The translations under genes and the position numbers were made by a program. The notes beneath the pieces are model-generated. The model was given only the letters and a program-made list of their open reading frames with translations, was not told the origin of the DNA and made no database searches. A stretch of DNA of 63,744 bases, counting the filler, from Raillietiella orientalis (taxonomy: Eukaryota), in the NCBI GenBank assembly GCA_036172245.1. It is 3 parts of 3 records of this genome, joined end to end, with 100 filler letters (N's around TTAATTAATTAA, not from the genome) between each part and the next. Parts side by side here need not be neighbours in the genome. Positions count along the whole stretch, not along the records: positions 1 to 23,455 come from JAYWIR010000228.1; 2 more parts are not named here. One strand, 5' to 3'. Of the stretch, positions 14,201 to 23,555 are shown piece by piece. How positions within the stretch are numbered: the first letter of the stretch is position 1; each line of letters opens with the position of its first letter.

Positions 14201-14499
14201 TCGCTACTGACACTCCCAGCTCGGCGGCTTTGCTAAGGCACACTCTGGATTCCAGCGCTTCGGAAGACAAAGGTGCTGGTAATGAACTCGTTTTGACCCT
14301 CTACTAGAGGAGAAAGTCCCTCAATAGGACGCCGTGCCTTGCAAAGAACTAGTTTTTGAAGTCTCCAAGGATAGTAACATAGTGCCCAAATGCAGAAGCA
14401 GTTAGTCGACTATTCGTAGAGGCGGCATTTTGTATGGGGTACTTTCGAGTCTACGAAGGGTGTAGAAGAGTCATTTCACATTCAGCGCATTCTTCTTGA

Positions 14500-15000
14500 T
14501 ACAAGGAAGGCGCGAGGATTCACGGAAAACACCGTGGTGCATATCTCACTGGGAACAGCGTGAGCTATCTGAGCAAATATTTTTCCACTCATCGGGCATC
14601 GTTTCAAGACATCTGCAGGCATCCCCTCCAAACGAACGACTCAGAGGAAAACGGGATACTCTCAAAGCGCATCCTTCTCCGCAGGAAAAAAACAAACAAG
14701 CTGTGAGTAATTCACGGCTAAGTTTCTCGTCTTGCTGAATTCCTGGGGAGGCATTTTTCAAGCACACTAAACGATCTCACTCCACGCCTTGGAAACCACT
14801 GATGAATTCTCAAATAGTAGCACATGGAAACGAAAAAGTTCCCGTCGTGTGTGTGCAGCGTGGATTACTAGACATCCGTATCCTCAATTTTGCTATCATC
14901 ATCCTTATCAGAAAGATTGGGCTCCAAGACAGGCAGATCAGCAAGATAAGTTGCCTTTTTCTGTAGGCAGAACTGTGTGTCATTAGTAGAGAAAAACACG
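14500..15000 (+). mobile_element. Possible Tc1/mariner transposase remnant
   Basis: HHPYQKDWAP (ORF 14789-14986) resembles the mariner HPPYSPDLAP motif, and VAHGN shortly upstream resembles LHDN. No terminal inverted repeats seen. Confidence 0.25.
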
Positions 15001-15299
15001 GATGTGAGCATATCCACACGTGGCAAAAAGCCTCACGATGTGAGGAAACCGCAGCTTGCGTTTGCCCTACCTCGAATTCCGCTTTGAAGCTGCGCTGCAT
15101 CCATTTTTAGTACGAGTTCTGACCTTGGGTCAGCATCCCTAAAATCAATATTGCTCAACTTTTTTCTTAGCAATTTCAACTTGAAATTCCACAACGTCTA
15201 CTCTAATGCACTGCTTCCGGTCTTCCGTCTACAGTCTATCCCTTTAAGGCATCTTTCAATGCGTTGGGTCTCCCATTTTGCTCTTGTTAGTTCTGTAGG

Positions 15300-16170
15300 T
15301 GTTTGCGTTTCTCCCTAGTTTTGTGCACTCTCGGCATCCTTCCTCTTTTTCCTCTTCGCGATTCTCTACGCCGCGATCTCCGTGTTCCAATTATGTCGTA
15401 AGCAGCAGATGAGATTTGGTCAGAGAGCAACGAATTCCGTCCTGCGGACACGGAGCTGTCGGGATTTTTACTTTCGGATTTTTCGTTCGGAACTTTGGCA
15501 TTTTGGTTTGCTTCATGCCAGACGGTGCACCAAACCACTGAGGACGTGCCATGCCTCTTAGAGCAATCGCCTTGCCAAAATTTAAGATTCATCTTTTTTA
15601 AATCCACTTCAAGTTTGTGGGTGTTTCCCTTTTTAATCGTAATCCTGCGATCTTTGGCTTGCTCGGATTCTCTTTTGCTATCCACGGATTGGACACAATG
15701 AGAACGGAAATAAGAGGAGTTCTGAACCAGTTTTCGGATATGACCATACAAAGATTCAAAGCAAGGAGAATCGGATTGATGCTTTTTGAAGACATTGCGT
15801 AAAAGAGCTTACGTGTTTCCCACTTCAAAAGGACACGCAATTTCCACGATCCCTTTCACCATTTGAATGGCCGTGTTTTTTTCTATCAACTGTGTGAAAT
15901 CTCTATCCAGCTGCTCGCCCGGAAAGTACCGTGGCTTCTCGACACGCGAATTCAGTGACTATGATCTTCGGTAGTATGGGAATTGGCGGGGAATAGTGCT
16001 GTTGAAGAACAGAATGGTGAGTATTTGAATCTTGGTTTCAAATAGTGACAAGGGTCCATTTGGCTGTTGCAAAACTTGACGCAGTGCAGAGTGTGCTCTT
16101 TGGGGGGAAGCACGGAATTTTACGGCTTCCAGTTTCCCGCGAGAAAGGTTTCCGAGATCCTCCTTCATTC
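15300..16170 (-). mobile_element. Second degraded BEL/Pao-like integrase fragment, in opposite orientation
   Basis: Minus-strand order: LGNLSRGKL...GPL...ILFF (ORF 15959-16168), SENWFRTPLISV (ORF 15598-15840, NSRPL-like), LKFWQGDCSK..W (ORF 15287-15751, FW..W..EYL-like). Confidence 0.35.
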
Positions 16171-16257
16171 TTCTCTTATGTAGAAAATAAAATGCCGTTG
16201 CAAAACAAAAATAGTCTCCTATGCATGCAGTTGGGAATTGTCAGTGTTTGTCGACGT

Positions 16258-16349
16258 ACGATGCTCTTTTAAGTTCTGAGTGAACACGAAACGCTAACGT
16301 CGACGATGCTCTTTTAAGTTCTGAGTGAACACGAAATGCTAACGTCGAC
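16258..16349 (+). repeat. 45-bp tandem duplication (2 copies)
   Basis: ACGATGCTCTTTTAAGTTCTGAGTGAACACGAAA(C/T)GCTAACGTCG starts at 16258 and again at 16303, with one mismatch. Confidence 0.95.
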
Positions 16350-16649
16350 TGTGAGCGGATGAGGAAACGCTCATTTGATTGAGCATCAATAGAATGATAG
16401 CAAAATTAGTCGTGGAAGCAGCATTCCATTGACAAGGCTCTGGACCGGTAAGAAGATTCCGAGTGCGGCAAACTCATTGGCCGTTTCCAGCACGCTTTAT
16501 TCTTTTCTGGGGGGGCGCCGAAAAAAAAATGAATGTCAGGACAGATAATGCATAGGTTCTATGAAACACTAATCTGATGTGAAAGTGAAGAGCAGCCTGA
16601 AGTGAACGATGAACCTCTTTTGATTTTTCTAGTCGAATTTATTGCCTTG

Positions 16650-17360
16650 CTAGCCGAATCACAACACCCTTAGAGCGCTTATAGGCAGGCCAACGTAGCG
16701 TGTTAAGATTGTCGTTTTCCGTTATGTAGTCAGCCATTTTGAATTCGATGGTGTTGGATATCGCGCCACCGGGAGAGGTAATATTCTTGATGGTTCGTGG
16801 GATACAAGGTAGCATGGGTATCTATGCTTCGATTCCGTGACTACAGAAGATACTGAGAGCGGTGACGACAGGTGCGATTCCGTCTTTATTCAAATCCCGC
16901 AGTAACATATTTCCTCCTACACGTATTTGACTTCTAATGATTGTAATTTATTCTTTCAGTTCCGATCTGTTGCAATTTTCATTCTCGTGGTCGCCACGCA
17001 TGATGCTGGTTTCTTCTTCTTCGGCCCTGCGCTCGCTGATGACATCAGAATAGCTAAAACATGCGGAATTTGCCGCATGGTCCTGGTGGAAGATCGAAGG
17101 CCACCCAACCCATGTGCAATCCGTTATCATCCACATCAGAAAGGAATCCTGCCACAGAACTGCACGGTGAGAGTGGAGGTACTGCTCCTATCAGCTCTCT
17201 ATCCAAAAGACTTGACAAGCGCTGCAAGATGGTTTCAGGAATGACACGAAATGTCTCTATCGACTTTTCCGGAAGTCCAAGCCTTTGCCATTGCGATATA
17301 CTCTGCTCCTCTCCGTGGGAGTAAGTAATTTCATCATGAGAGCAATACTCCAAGGGGACC
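16650..17360 (-). mobile_element. Degraded Ty3/gypsy integrase fragment (zinc-binding region plus rve core)
   Basis: Minus-strand order: RVIPETILQRLSSLL (RVVIP..L..LH-like), TWVGWPSIFHQD (YVWWP.I..DI-like), VTALSIFCSHGI (LR.IF..HG.P-like), ITSPGG..IEF..WPAYKRSKG (SDNG..F..PAY.P.SNG-like). Confidence 0.55.
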
Positions 17361-18089
17361 ACGTGCCTCTGCGCAACAGACAGAGGAATGTTTGAAAAAG
17401 AAAATCACGAAAAACATCTGATTGATGATTTCGCGAGCTCTTTCTTGATGAGGCCGGCATCACGGGTGAAGGACAGATTTGTTGACATGTATCAATAAGA
17501 AGGCTGCTAACTTGGATTGGCACGTAAATTTTCTCCGTTCAGAAATTTAAAGAGGACGCAGTTGGTTTACTCACGCAGATGCAGCATTTTGCAAAAGCAG
17601 AAAGCAATAACTTCCGGAGAAACCAGAGGGTCGTTTTTTTTCACTCTCTTGAGAAGACGTTTTTTTTTTCTGATTTTTTTTACGTCACGTGTGAGGAATG
17701 AGCAGCTTGAAGGGCGGTTTCCTGAGCGTAAGAAAACATTTCGGAATCCGGATATACAGAACAAAATAGAAAACAGTGTGCACAAAACAAGGTATTTTGC
17801 ATATTAACGGAACTTTCATTTTAGGAAATTAAGTGATAATCGAAAAGTACTGGCGCCAACGCCTTTCTCGTTGAAATGCTATTTCCAGATACGGGAATGC
17901 ACACTGTGGCTTTCCAGAATATCAGACTAGATTGACAAAAATGTCCTGAGGACTTTTGTACTCTGCAATAAAAAAAAGCATGTTGTGTGATTATGGTACA
18001 CATCGCTCAATGACCTTATGCACATCCTATTTGATAATAGCCATCCTCATTCGATGAAACAGCTTGTTGATTCCGGAAACTTGATTTCA

Positions 18090-18770
18090 GAATTACCAAT
18101 GGTCGCCTACAGAATCCCATGTGGTTTTGAAATCCCTGAATGTTCTTTAGCTGTTTAGGTAATTCCACGCAAAGTCACCTCTGTTTGAAAACAGTGGGAA
18201 TTTTTTTCAAAGAATATTGAAATGAAGGACTTCGTGGCCTGCGTTTTCGAACTGATTGCTCTACGGACGGGACACCGATTCCGTTTCTAGGCGATCGATA
18301 CATGATAGCAGAACAAGAGATCGTTTATGGTTTTCTTCCCTATTTAATTCGGCTAAATGTTGCGAGAATCCGGCTGATCCGGTTAAAGCACAAAAAACAA
18401 CCGAGCGATGTTGTAGGTCAGTTGCACTTTGTGGGGCCTAATTTATGCTTCCCGACTTGCGCCGTGATCACCTCACTGCGCATTCCCTCGAATCCTCATG
18501 CAGGGTTTCGCCTTGTTCGCAGACCACAGACACAGAAGGTCCAACTCCTCCGGGACCGCCAGCAGTTATGGAGGGAATGCGGTACTCGATCTCCAATTCA
18601 CTGGACCACACGAAGATCGGTCTTCCGCAGAGAAGACAACGTTTCTTCATTATAGGGCTAGCGGAGTGTGAAGCAGTTGCTGTATTACGGCGAGAAAGTG
18701 CTCCGTGGAAGCGGCCACGCCGCGAAGATCTCATCCGAGCATGTGCTAATACCCTTCAGGAATGAACTGC
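18090..18770 (+). mobile_element. Degraded Ty3/gypsy RT-RNase H fragment
   Basis: YRIPCGFE (RLPFG-like), DPVKAQ, PSDVVGQLHFVGPN (P.DV.QLR.F.G..N-like), FMLPDL, and YSISNSL...QRFFIIGLAECEAVAV (FAS..L..E.RY..IE.E.LAV-like) occur in order across frames. Confidence 0.45.
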
Positions 18771-19289
18771 TCACCGAAAAAGGAGTGCAGGCCTGTGGAC
18801 ATCAGACAAAAGTGCCTGTAGCTTTGCGCTGTCGGGAGCTCTTCTGAGCGCTGGTGCAGAAAAAGCCACATTGGCAAAAAGATATGGAGGTGAAAATAAA
18901 AATAGCTTGAAGGTAGCTTGGTTATCAGCATCATCCGTTTTCGTTCACAAGCAGTGGTCAACGAATAAAAGCAGCAACACAGAGCACCAACAAGCGAAGT
19001 TGGCAGATGCATATGGAAATTCAATTTGAGTGGAGCAGAACTACGACGGAAGTGAAGGAACAAGATAACTGTCCGGCTGCTAAGTCACGTTGCATGCGAT
19101 AGCAGCCATCTTTGATGGATTTTGTGCCTGCAAGCATCACTCCTTTGACTCAAACCGATTCCAGAGAGGTATTGCTGCCTCAGAGCGAAGATTTTTAGAC
19201 ACAGAAGACATCGCGTGGGGATGCTTCGCCCGGGCAACGCCCTTTCAGCCTCGTCAGAGGGTCTCTCTGTGGTGTAAACGTTCTGGTAG

Positions 19290-21395
19290 TGTTGGATAAA
19301 AAAGGAAAAGTATTATTTCCCACTGATCACTTATGTGATCCAAATTTGCAGTGTTTTCTGTTTTGCAATCAATTCCAAATCAAATGATTTCACCATTGCA
19401 ATCTTTCGCTACTTCCCCAAGCAACCATTTGCACGGTTCAGCAAATAAGAAGCAAACACATCCTCTCTGAATCGCAATCTCTTAAAGAAAATGATGGAAT
19501 AAGGGAAGAGTAATAATTTATTAGAGCGTCGCACAATGGACTTTGTGCAGTCTTCATAGCAAACAGTGTTGGAAATGAAAAGATAAAGTTTTATTTCCTA
19601 GTAAACCCTTATTTGCTCAAATTTGCTTCGATTTGTGTTTTGAAATCAAATTCAAATCAGCGGATTTCACCAATGCACTCTATTGCCACACTACCATGCT
19701 CCCATTTGCCCGGAGATGCAAATAGACGAAAAACACAACAGCAGTGCATCCCAAACTCTTGAAAATAGCAAAAATGAAGGAGACTGAAGCTTCACTTGAG
19801 AGAGGAGCAATGGGCTGTCTGCTGTTTTCAAGGCAACCAGTTTAGGAAATAAAAAGACCAACTTTAATTTATAAATACTTCCTCATGTGGACCAAACATG
19901 CAGAGATTTGTGCTTTGCAATCAATTCAAAACCAGCGGAATTCACCCATGCACTTTTTCGTCACTTGTCTATGCATCCATTTGCTCAGAGATACAAATAA
20001 GCGGCAATCACATACCAACGGCATACCAATATCTTGGAAACTATGAAAAAATCAGGGGAGAGCCAAACTTCATTAAAGAGAGACACACTGACATCTCTGT
20101 GGTTTTCAAGCCAACCAGTGTTCGAAATGAGAAAATAAAGTTCAATTTACAACTGATTCCTTATGTGGTCCAAATTTCCAGAGTTTGGTCATTACAAATA
20201 AATTGTAATTCTGCAGATTACACCATTGCGCTCTTTCGCCACTTCCACATGCATGCATTTCCCCGGAGGTGCAAATACACGTTTATCACATCCCCACTGC
20301 ATCCGAATCCCTTGGAACAAGCGAAAAAATCACAAGCGGCCCGAAATTCTAAGGGAGGAGCACATTGGTCGTTGTGCTATTTCCATGGCAACCATTTTTG
20401 CAATGAAGAGATAGTCTTTTTTCCCCAAAAATTCCTTTTCTGGACCAAATTTCCAGTGTTTTGTGAATTGAAATCATTTTCAAGGCTATGGATTCCATTA
20501 ATGCGCTCCTTCCGAACTTCCCACGGATCCCTTTCGACGGGGATGGAAATGCACGTTTATCACTTCTCCACTGCATCCGAATCCATTGGAAAAATTCAAA
20601 AAATCACAAGGAAACCAAACTTATTTAAGGATGGGCAAATTACACTTTGAGATGTTTTCATGGCAACCATTTTTGCAATGAAGAGATAAAGTTTTTATCC
20701 CACCGAATTCCTTTTGTGGTCCATATTTCCAGTGATTGGTGATTTCAAATCATTTTTAATTGCGTCGAATCCGACAGTACGCTCCTTCAGATCTTTCTCA
20801 CGGTTCCCTTTACACGGGGATGCAAATAAACGTTCATGACATCCCCACTGCATCCGAATCCCTTGGAACAAGGGAAAATATCACAAGAGGCCCAAACTTA
20901 TTCAAGGAGGGGCAAATTGGCCTCTGAGGTGTTTTGATGGCAACCATTTTCGGAATGAAGAGATAAAGTTTTTTCCCTCCAAATGGCTCTTGCGGTCCAA
21001 ATTTCCGGTTTTTCGTGATTTTAATTCATTTTCCATAGTGTCGATTCCACCATTGCGCACCATCGGAGCACAGACACGGTTCACTTTCCTCTGGGATGCT
21101 GATGTAGGTTTATCACATCCCCACAGCTTTCGAATCCCTTCTAACAAGTGAAAATATCACAAGAGGCACAAACTTATTCAAGGATGGGCACATTAGTCTT
21201 TGAGCTGTTTTCATGGCAGCCATTTATACAAAGGAGAGATAAAGTTTTCTTTCCAACAAATTTCTTTTGTGGACCAAATTTCCAGTGTTTGGTGATCTCA
21301 AAAGATTTTCAATTGCTTCAAATCCGCCATTGCGCTCCTTCGGAGCTTCCAGACGGATCCAATTCCAGGTGGATGCAAATACACTATCATCACAT
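19290..21395 (+). repeat. About 7-8 degenerate tandem monomers of the 278-bp satellite family
   Basis: Period ~275-278 bp. The satellite words TTTTCATGGCAACCATTTTTGCAATG, CCAAATTT, GATTTCAAATCATTTT, GGATGCAAAT and CACATCCCCAC recur (GGCAACCATT-like at ~20388, 20662, 20939, 21215). The last monomer breaks off after ...CATCACAT at 21395. Confidence 0.9.
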
Positions 21396-21495
21396 GAACG
21401 AACAGCGTGAGGTGACGCAATTCCGCTGATTGACAGCGTACTGGCGACCTAACCTAACCCCCCTCCCTTTTTAAGTCTGGCTGGTGGGCACGCCC

Positions 21496-21598
21496 ATCCG
21501 ACTTTATCAGCCTTCCACGAGGTCGGATCACACCCACGCGCTTCCCACGTGCACAGCAACAGCTTGTTCCGCATACCATAGCCTTCCACGATTGCGGA
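21496..21598. promoter_or_regulatory. Twin hairpins presenting an identical 12-nt motif (putative replication or priming signal)
   Basis: The stems ATCCGAC(21496-21502)/GTCGGAT(21522-21528) and TCCGCA(21568-21573)/TGCGGA(21593-21598) each close a 19-nt loop. Each loop contains AGCCTTCCACGA (21509-21520 and 21580-21591) at the same register. Function is inferred. Confidence 0.6.
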
Positions 21599-21667
21599 CA
21601 AAGACCAGCCACCATCTATATCTATTTTAACATACGGAATTTCCCAAGGTTTTGCGTTGTCAGCTAC

Positions 21668-21702
21668 ATGCAATCTGGGTAATACTATTGACCAGATTGC
21701 AT
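21668..21702 (-). promoter_or_regulatory. Rolling-circle origin of replication: 11-bp stem-loop with nonanucleotide TAGTATTAC
   Basis: ATGCAATCTGG (21668-21678) and CCAGATTGCAT (21692-21702) are perfect inverted repeats. The 13-nt loop contains GTAATACTA (21679-21687), which reads TAGTATTAC on the minus strand, the canonical circovirus/cyclovirus/nanovirus nick site. Confidence 0.93.
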
Positions 21703-21707
21703 TTCTG

Positions 21708-21735
21708 CGCAGTTACGCAGTATAAATACAACTGC
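21708..21735 (+). promoter_or_regulatory. Iteron-like repeats and TATA box upstream of Rep
   Basis: CGCAGT occurs at 21708 and 21716, with an inverted ACTGC at 21731. TATAAATA lies at 21721-21728, starting 27 and 57 bp before in-frame ATGs at 21748 and 21778. Confidence 0.55.
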
Positions 21736-21747
21736 ACGGACAACCAA

Positions 21748-22596
21748 ATGCAAGTCTTACTTACCGAGAATTTCGAGATGCCGTACGCACTATTTTTTAA
21801 TTGGTGTTTCACCTTGTGCAATTTCACAGAAGAAGACCTGAAGGAGATCAAGATATGGTGCCGAGCAAACTGCTTCTTCGCCTGAATCGGGAAAGAAACA
21901 GCCAAGACAGGGACGCCACACCTCCAAGGCTACTTCCAGATAAAAGAACCTAGAACTATGCCAGGCATAAAAGGCAAAACATTTGGAAAATGTCACCTAG
22001 AAAAAGAGGCAGTCCTCGGAGCAACTTGAGGTACTGCTCCAAGCAAGACAAAGAAGTTTGGACATACTGCAAAATCAACGAAGACAACGAACCACAGGAT
22101 TACCAAGATCTCGTAAGCATAATAACCACCTAACAAACCTAAAACAATTCTATCACAGATACTACAACTCATAGAAGATGGAGCTGATGAACACTTAATA
22201 CTCAAGAACCACACAAAGTTTTATTCTAACAACATCAACTTTGTCAAAGAGTGCTTCCGACTGACAAGAAGCAGAGCACACCCCAATGCCTTAGCAAACC
22301 TACAACATCGATCCTCGCAATTGGACATCATGAAGCATATTCGCCACACGCCAGACAACAGGAAAATACATTGGATCTATGATACCGTCGCAGGAATAGG
22401 CAAAACCACAATGCCCAAATTCCTGTACCTTAAGAAGGGTGCTATCTACATGCACTCCTGTAAAAAGGCCAACGCTGCCCATATCCACAATGGAGAACGA
22501 ATAATAGATGTGGACCTTACAAGAGATAATATGGAACATGTCAAATATGGATTTATTGAGAGTATTAAAAATGGAATTATTTTCGAATCCAAATAA
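21748..22596 (+). pseudogene. rep: Replication-associated protein (HUH endonuclease plus SF3 helicase) of a CRESS DNA virus, disrupted and 3'-truncated
   Basis: Motif I WCFTLCN (21802-21822); in-frame TGA at 21883-21885; IGKE..TGTPHLQGY with motif II PHLQG (21916-21930); HLEK, then a frameshift (~22003) to RGSPRSNLRYCSK with motif III YCSK (22032-22043); second frameshift ~22130; PDNRKIHWIYDTVAGIGKT (Walker A), IIDVDLTR (Walker B), YGFIESIKNGIIFESK* (TAA at 22594). Motif C is missing. Confidence 0.93.
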
Positions 22597-22620
22597 CAAG
22601 GCTATATAAAATATTCTCAA

Positions 22621-22915
22621 CGGACTGCAACGGTTGAATGGACGCAATTAAAATTCATTTGGAACCACCAAACACTCGATATTTGGACCAGAAAAGGAAT
22701 TTCGCGGTCATAAAACTTGATCTCTATATTACAAAAATGGTTGCCATGAAAAACACTCAAAGTCCAGAGTGCCTATCAGTGAATGAGTTTGCGCTTGTTG
22801 TGATTTATTCACTTGTTGCAAGCGATGAGGTGAGAATGGGTATGTGATAAACGTGCATTTGTACCCTCGTGGAGAGGGACCCTTAAGATTGCTCCGAAGG
22901 GGTGCAATGGATGAT
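22621..22915 (-). repeat. Inverted degenerate 278-bp satellite monomer abutting the truncated Rep
   Basis: The reverse complement reads TTTTCATGGCAACCATTTTTGTAAT...TTCCTTTTCTGGTCCAAAT...GTGTTTGGTG...TTTTAATTGCGTC, matching the + strand monomer at ~20655-20770. Confidence 0.88.
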
Positions 22916-22929
22916 TGTCAGCAATTAAA

Positions 22930-23455
22930 AGTATCTGTGTGGATTTCATCGATACCAGTATAGGAATTAGAAAGTGAAAGTTTCCCTTCGCTCTGATTCA
23001 TTATGTGGTCTAAATTTGCAACTATTTGGGGTTTGTAATCACTTCGAAGTCAACAGATTTCACCATTGCACTTTTGCGCCTCTTCCCGAACAATCCATCT
23101 GCTGTGAGAGGCAAACTCCCTTCATGGAGACCCGCACAACCTTCCAATTTCCTTTGTTCAGCATAACATTGAAATGAGACGGACGTTTAATTAGGGCGTG
23201 GCACTTTGGCCTCTGTGTGGTTTTCATGGTATCCAGTTTCGCAAGAAAAAAGTGAATGTTTCCTTTCGCTCTGATCCATTAAGTGGTCTAAATTTGCAAC
23301 TTTTTGGGGTTTGTAATAAGTTCGAAGTCAGCAGATTTCAATATTGCGCTTTTGCGTCTCTTCCGGAAGCATCGATTTGCTGTGAGTGCAAATTCTCTTG
23401 ATGGAGACCCGCACAACTTGGCAATTTCCTGGGTTCAGAAGAACATTGAGATGAG
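22930..23455 (+). repeat. Two further divergent 278-bp-family monomers, back in + orientation
   Basis: TTCGCTCTGAT..ATT..GTGGTCTAAATTTGCAACT.TTTGGGGTTTGTAAT and ATGGAGACCCGCACAAC repeat at ~277-bp spacing. CAAATTTGCA-like and TTTTCATGG words link them to the family. Confidence 0.8.
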
Positions 23456-23555
23456 NNNNNNNNNNNNNNNNNNNNNNNNNNNNNNNNNNNNNNNNNNNNT
23501 TAATTAATTAANNNNNNNNNNNNNNNNNNNNNNNNNNNNNNNNNNNNNNNNNNNN
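23456..23555. other. Artificial contig spacer (44 N + TTAATTAATTAA + 44 N)
   Basis: Exactly 100 bp, with the six-frame stop linker at 23500-23511. Confidence 0.98.

Larger units (their letters stand above)
21396..22620 (+). mobile_element. Endogenous CRESS DNA virus-like element (intergenic region, origin and truncated Rep) inserted in satellite DNA
   Basis: A non-satellite block bounded on both sides by 278-bp-family sequence. It contains a TAGTATTAC stem-loop and a Rep with RCR motifs I-III and Walker A/B. Confidence 0.92.

Noticed and set aside
19898..20650. 250-aa ORF
   Set aside because: It lies wholly within degenerate satellite monomers and its translation echoes the satellite pseudo-ORFs.
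21449..21673. 74-aa minus-strand ORF as a viral capsid gene
   Set aside because: It is in the position expected for cap but is too short, lacks a basic N-terminus and overlaps the structured hairpin region.
23500..23511. TTAATTAATTAA as a biological motif (e.g. piggyBac TTAA target)
   Set aside because: It is centred in exactly 100-bp N spacers and occurs twice; it is a synthetic six-frame stop linker.
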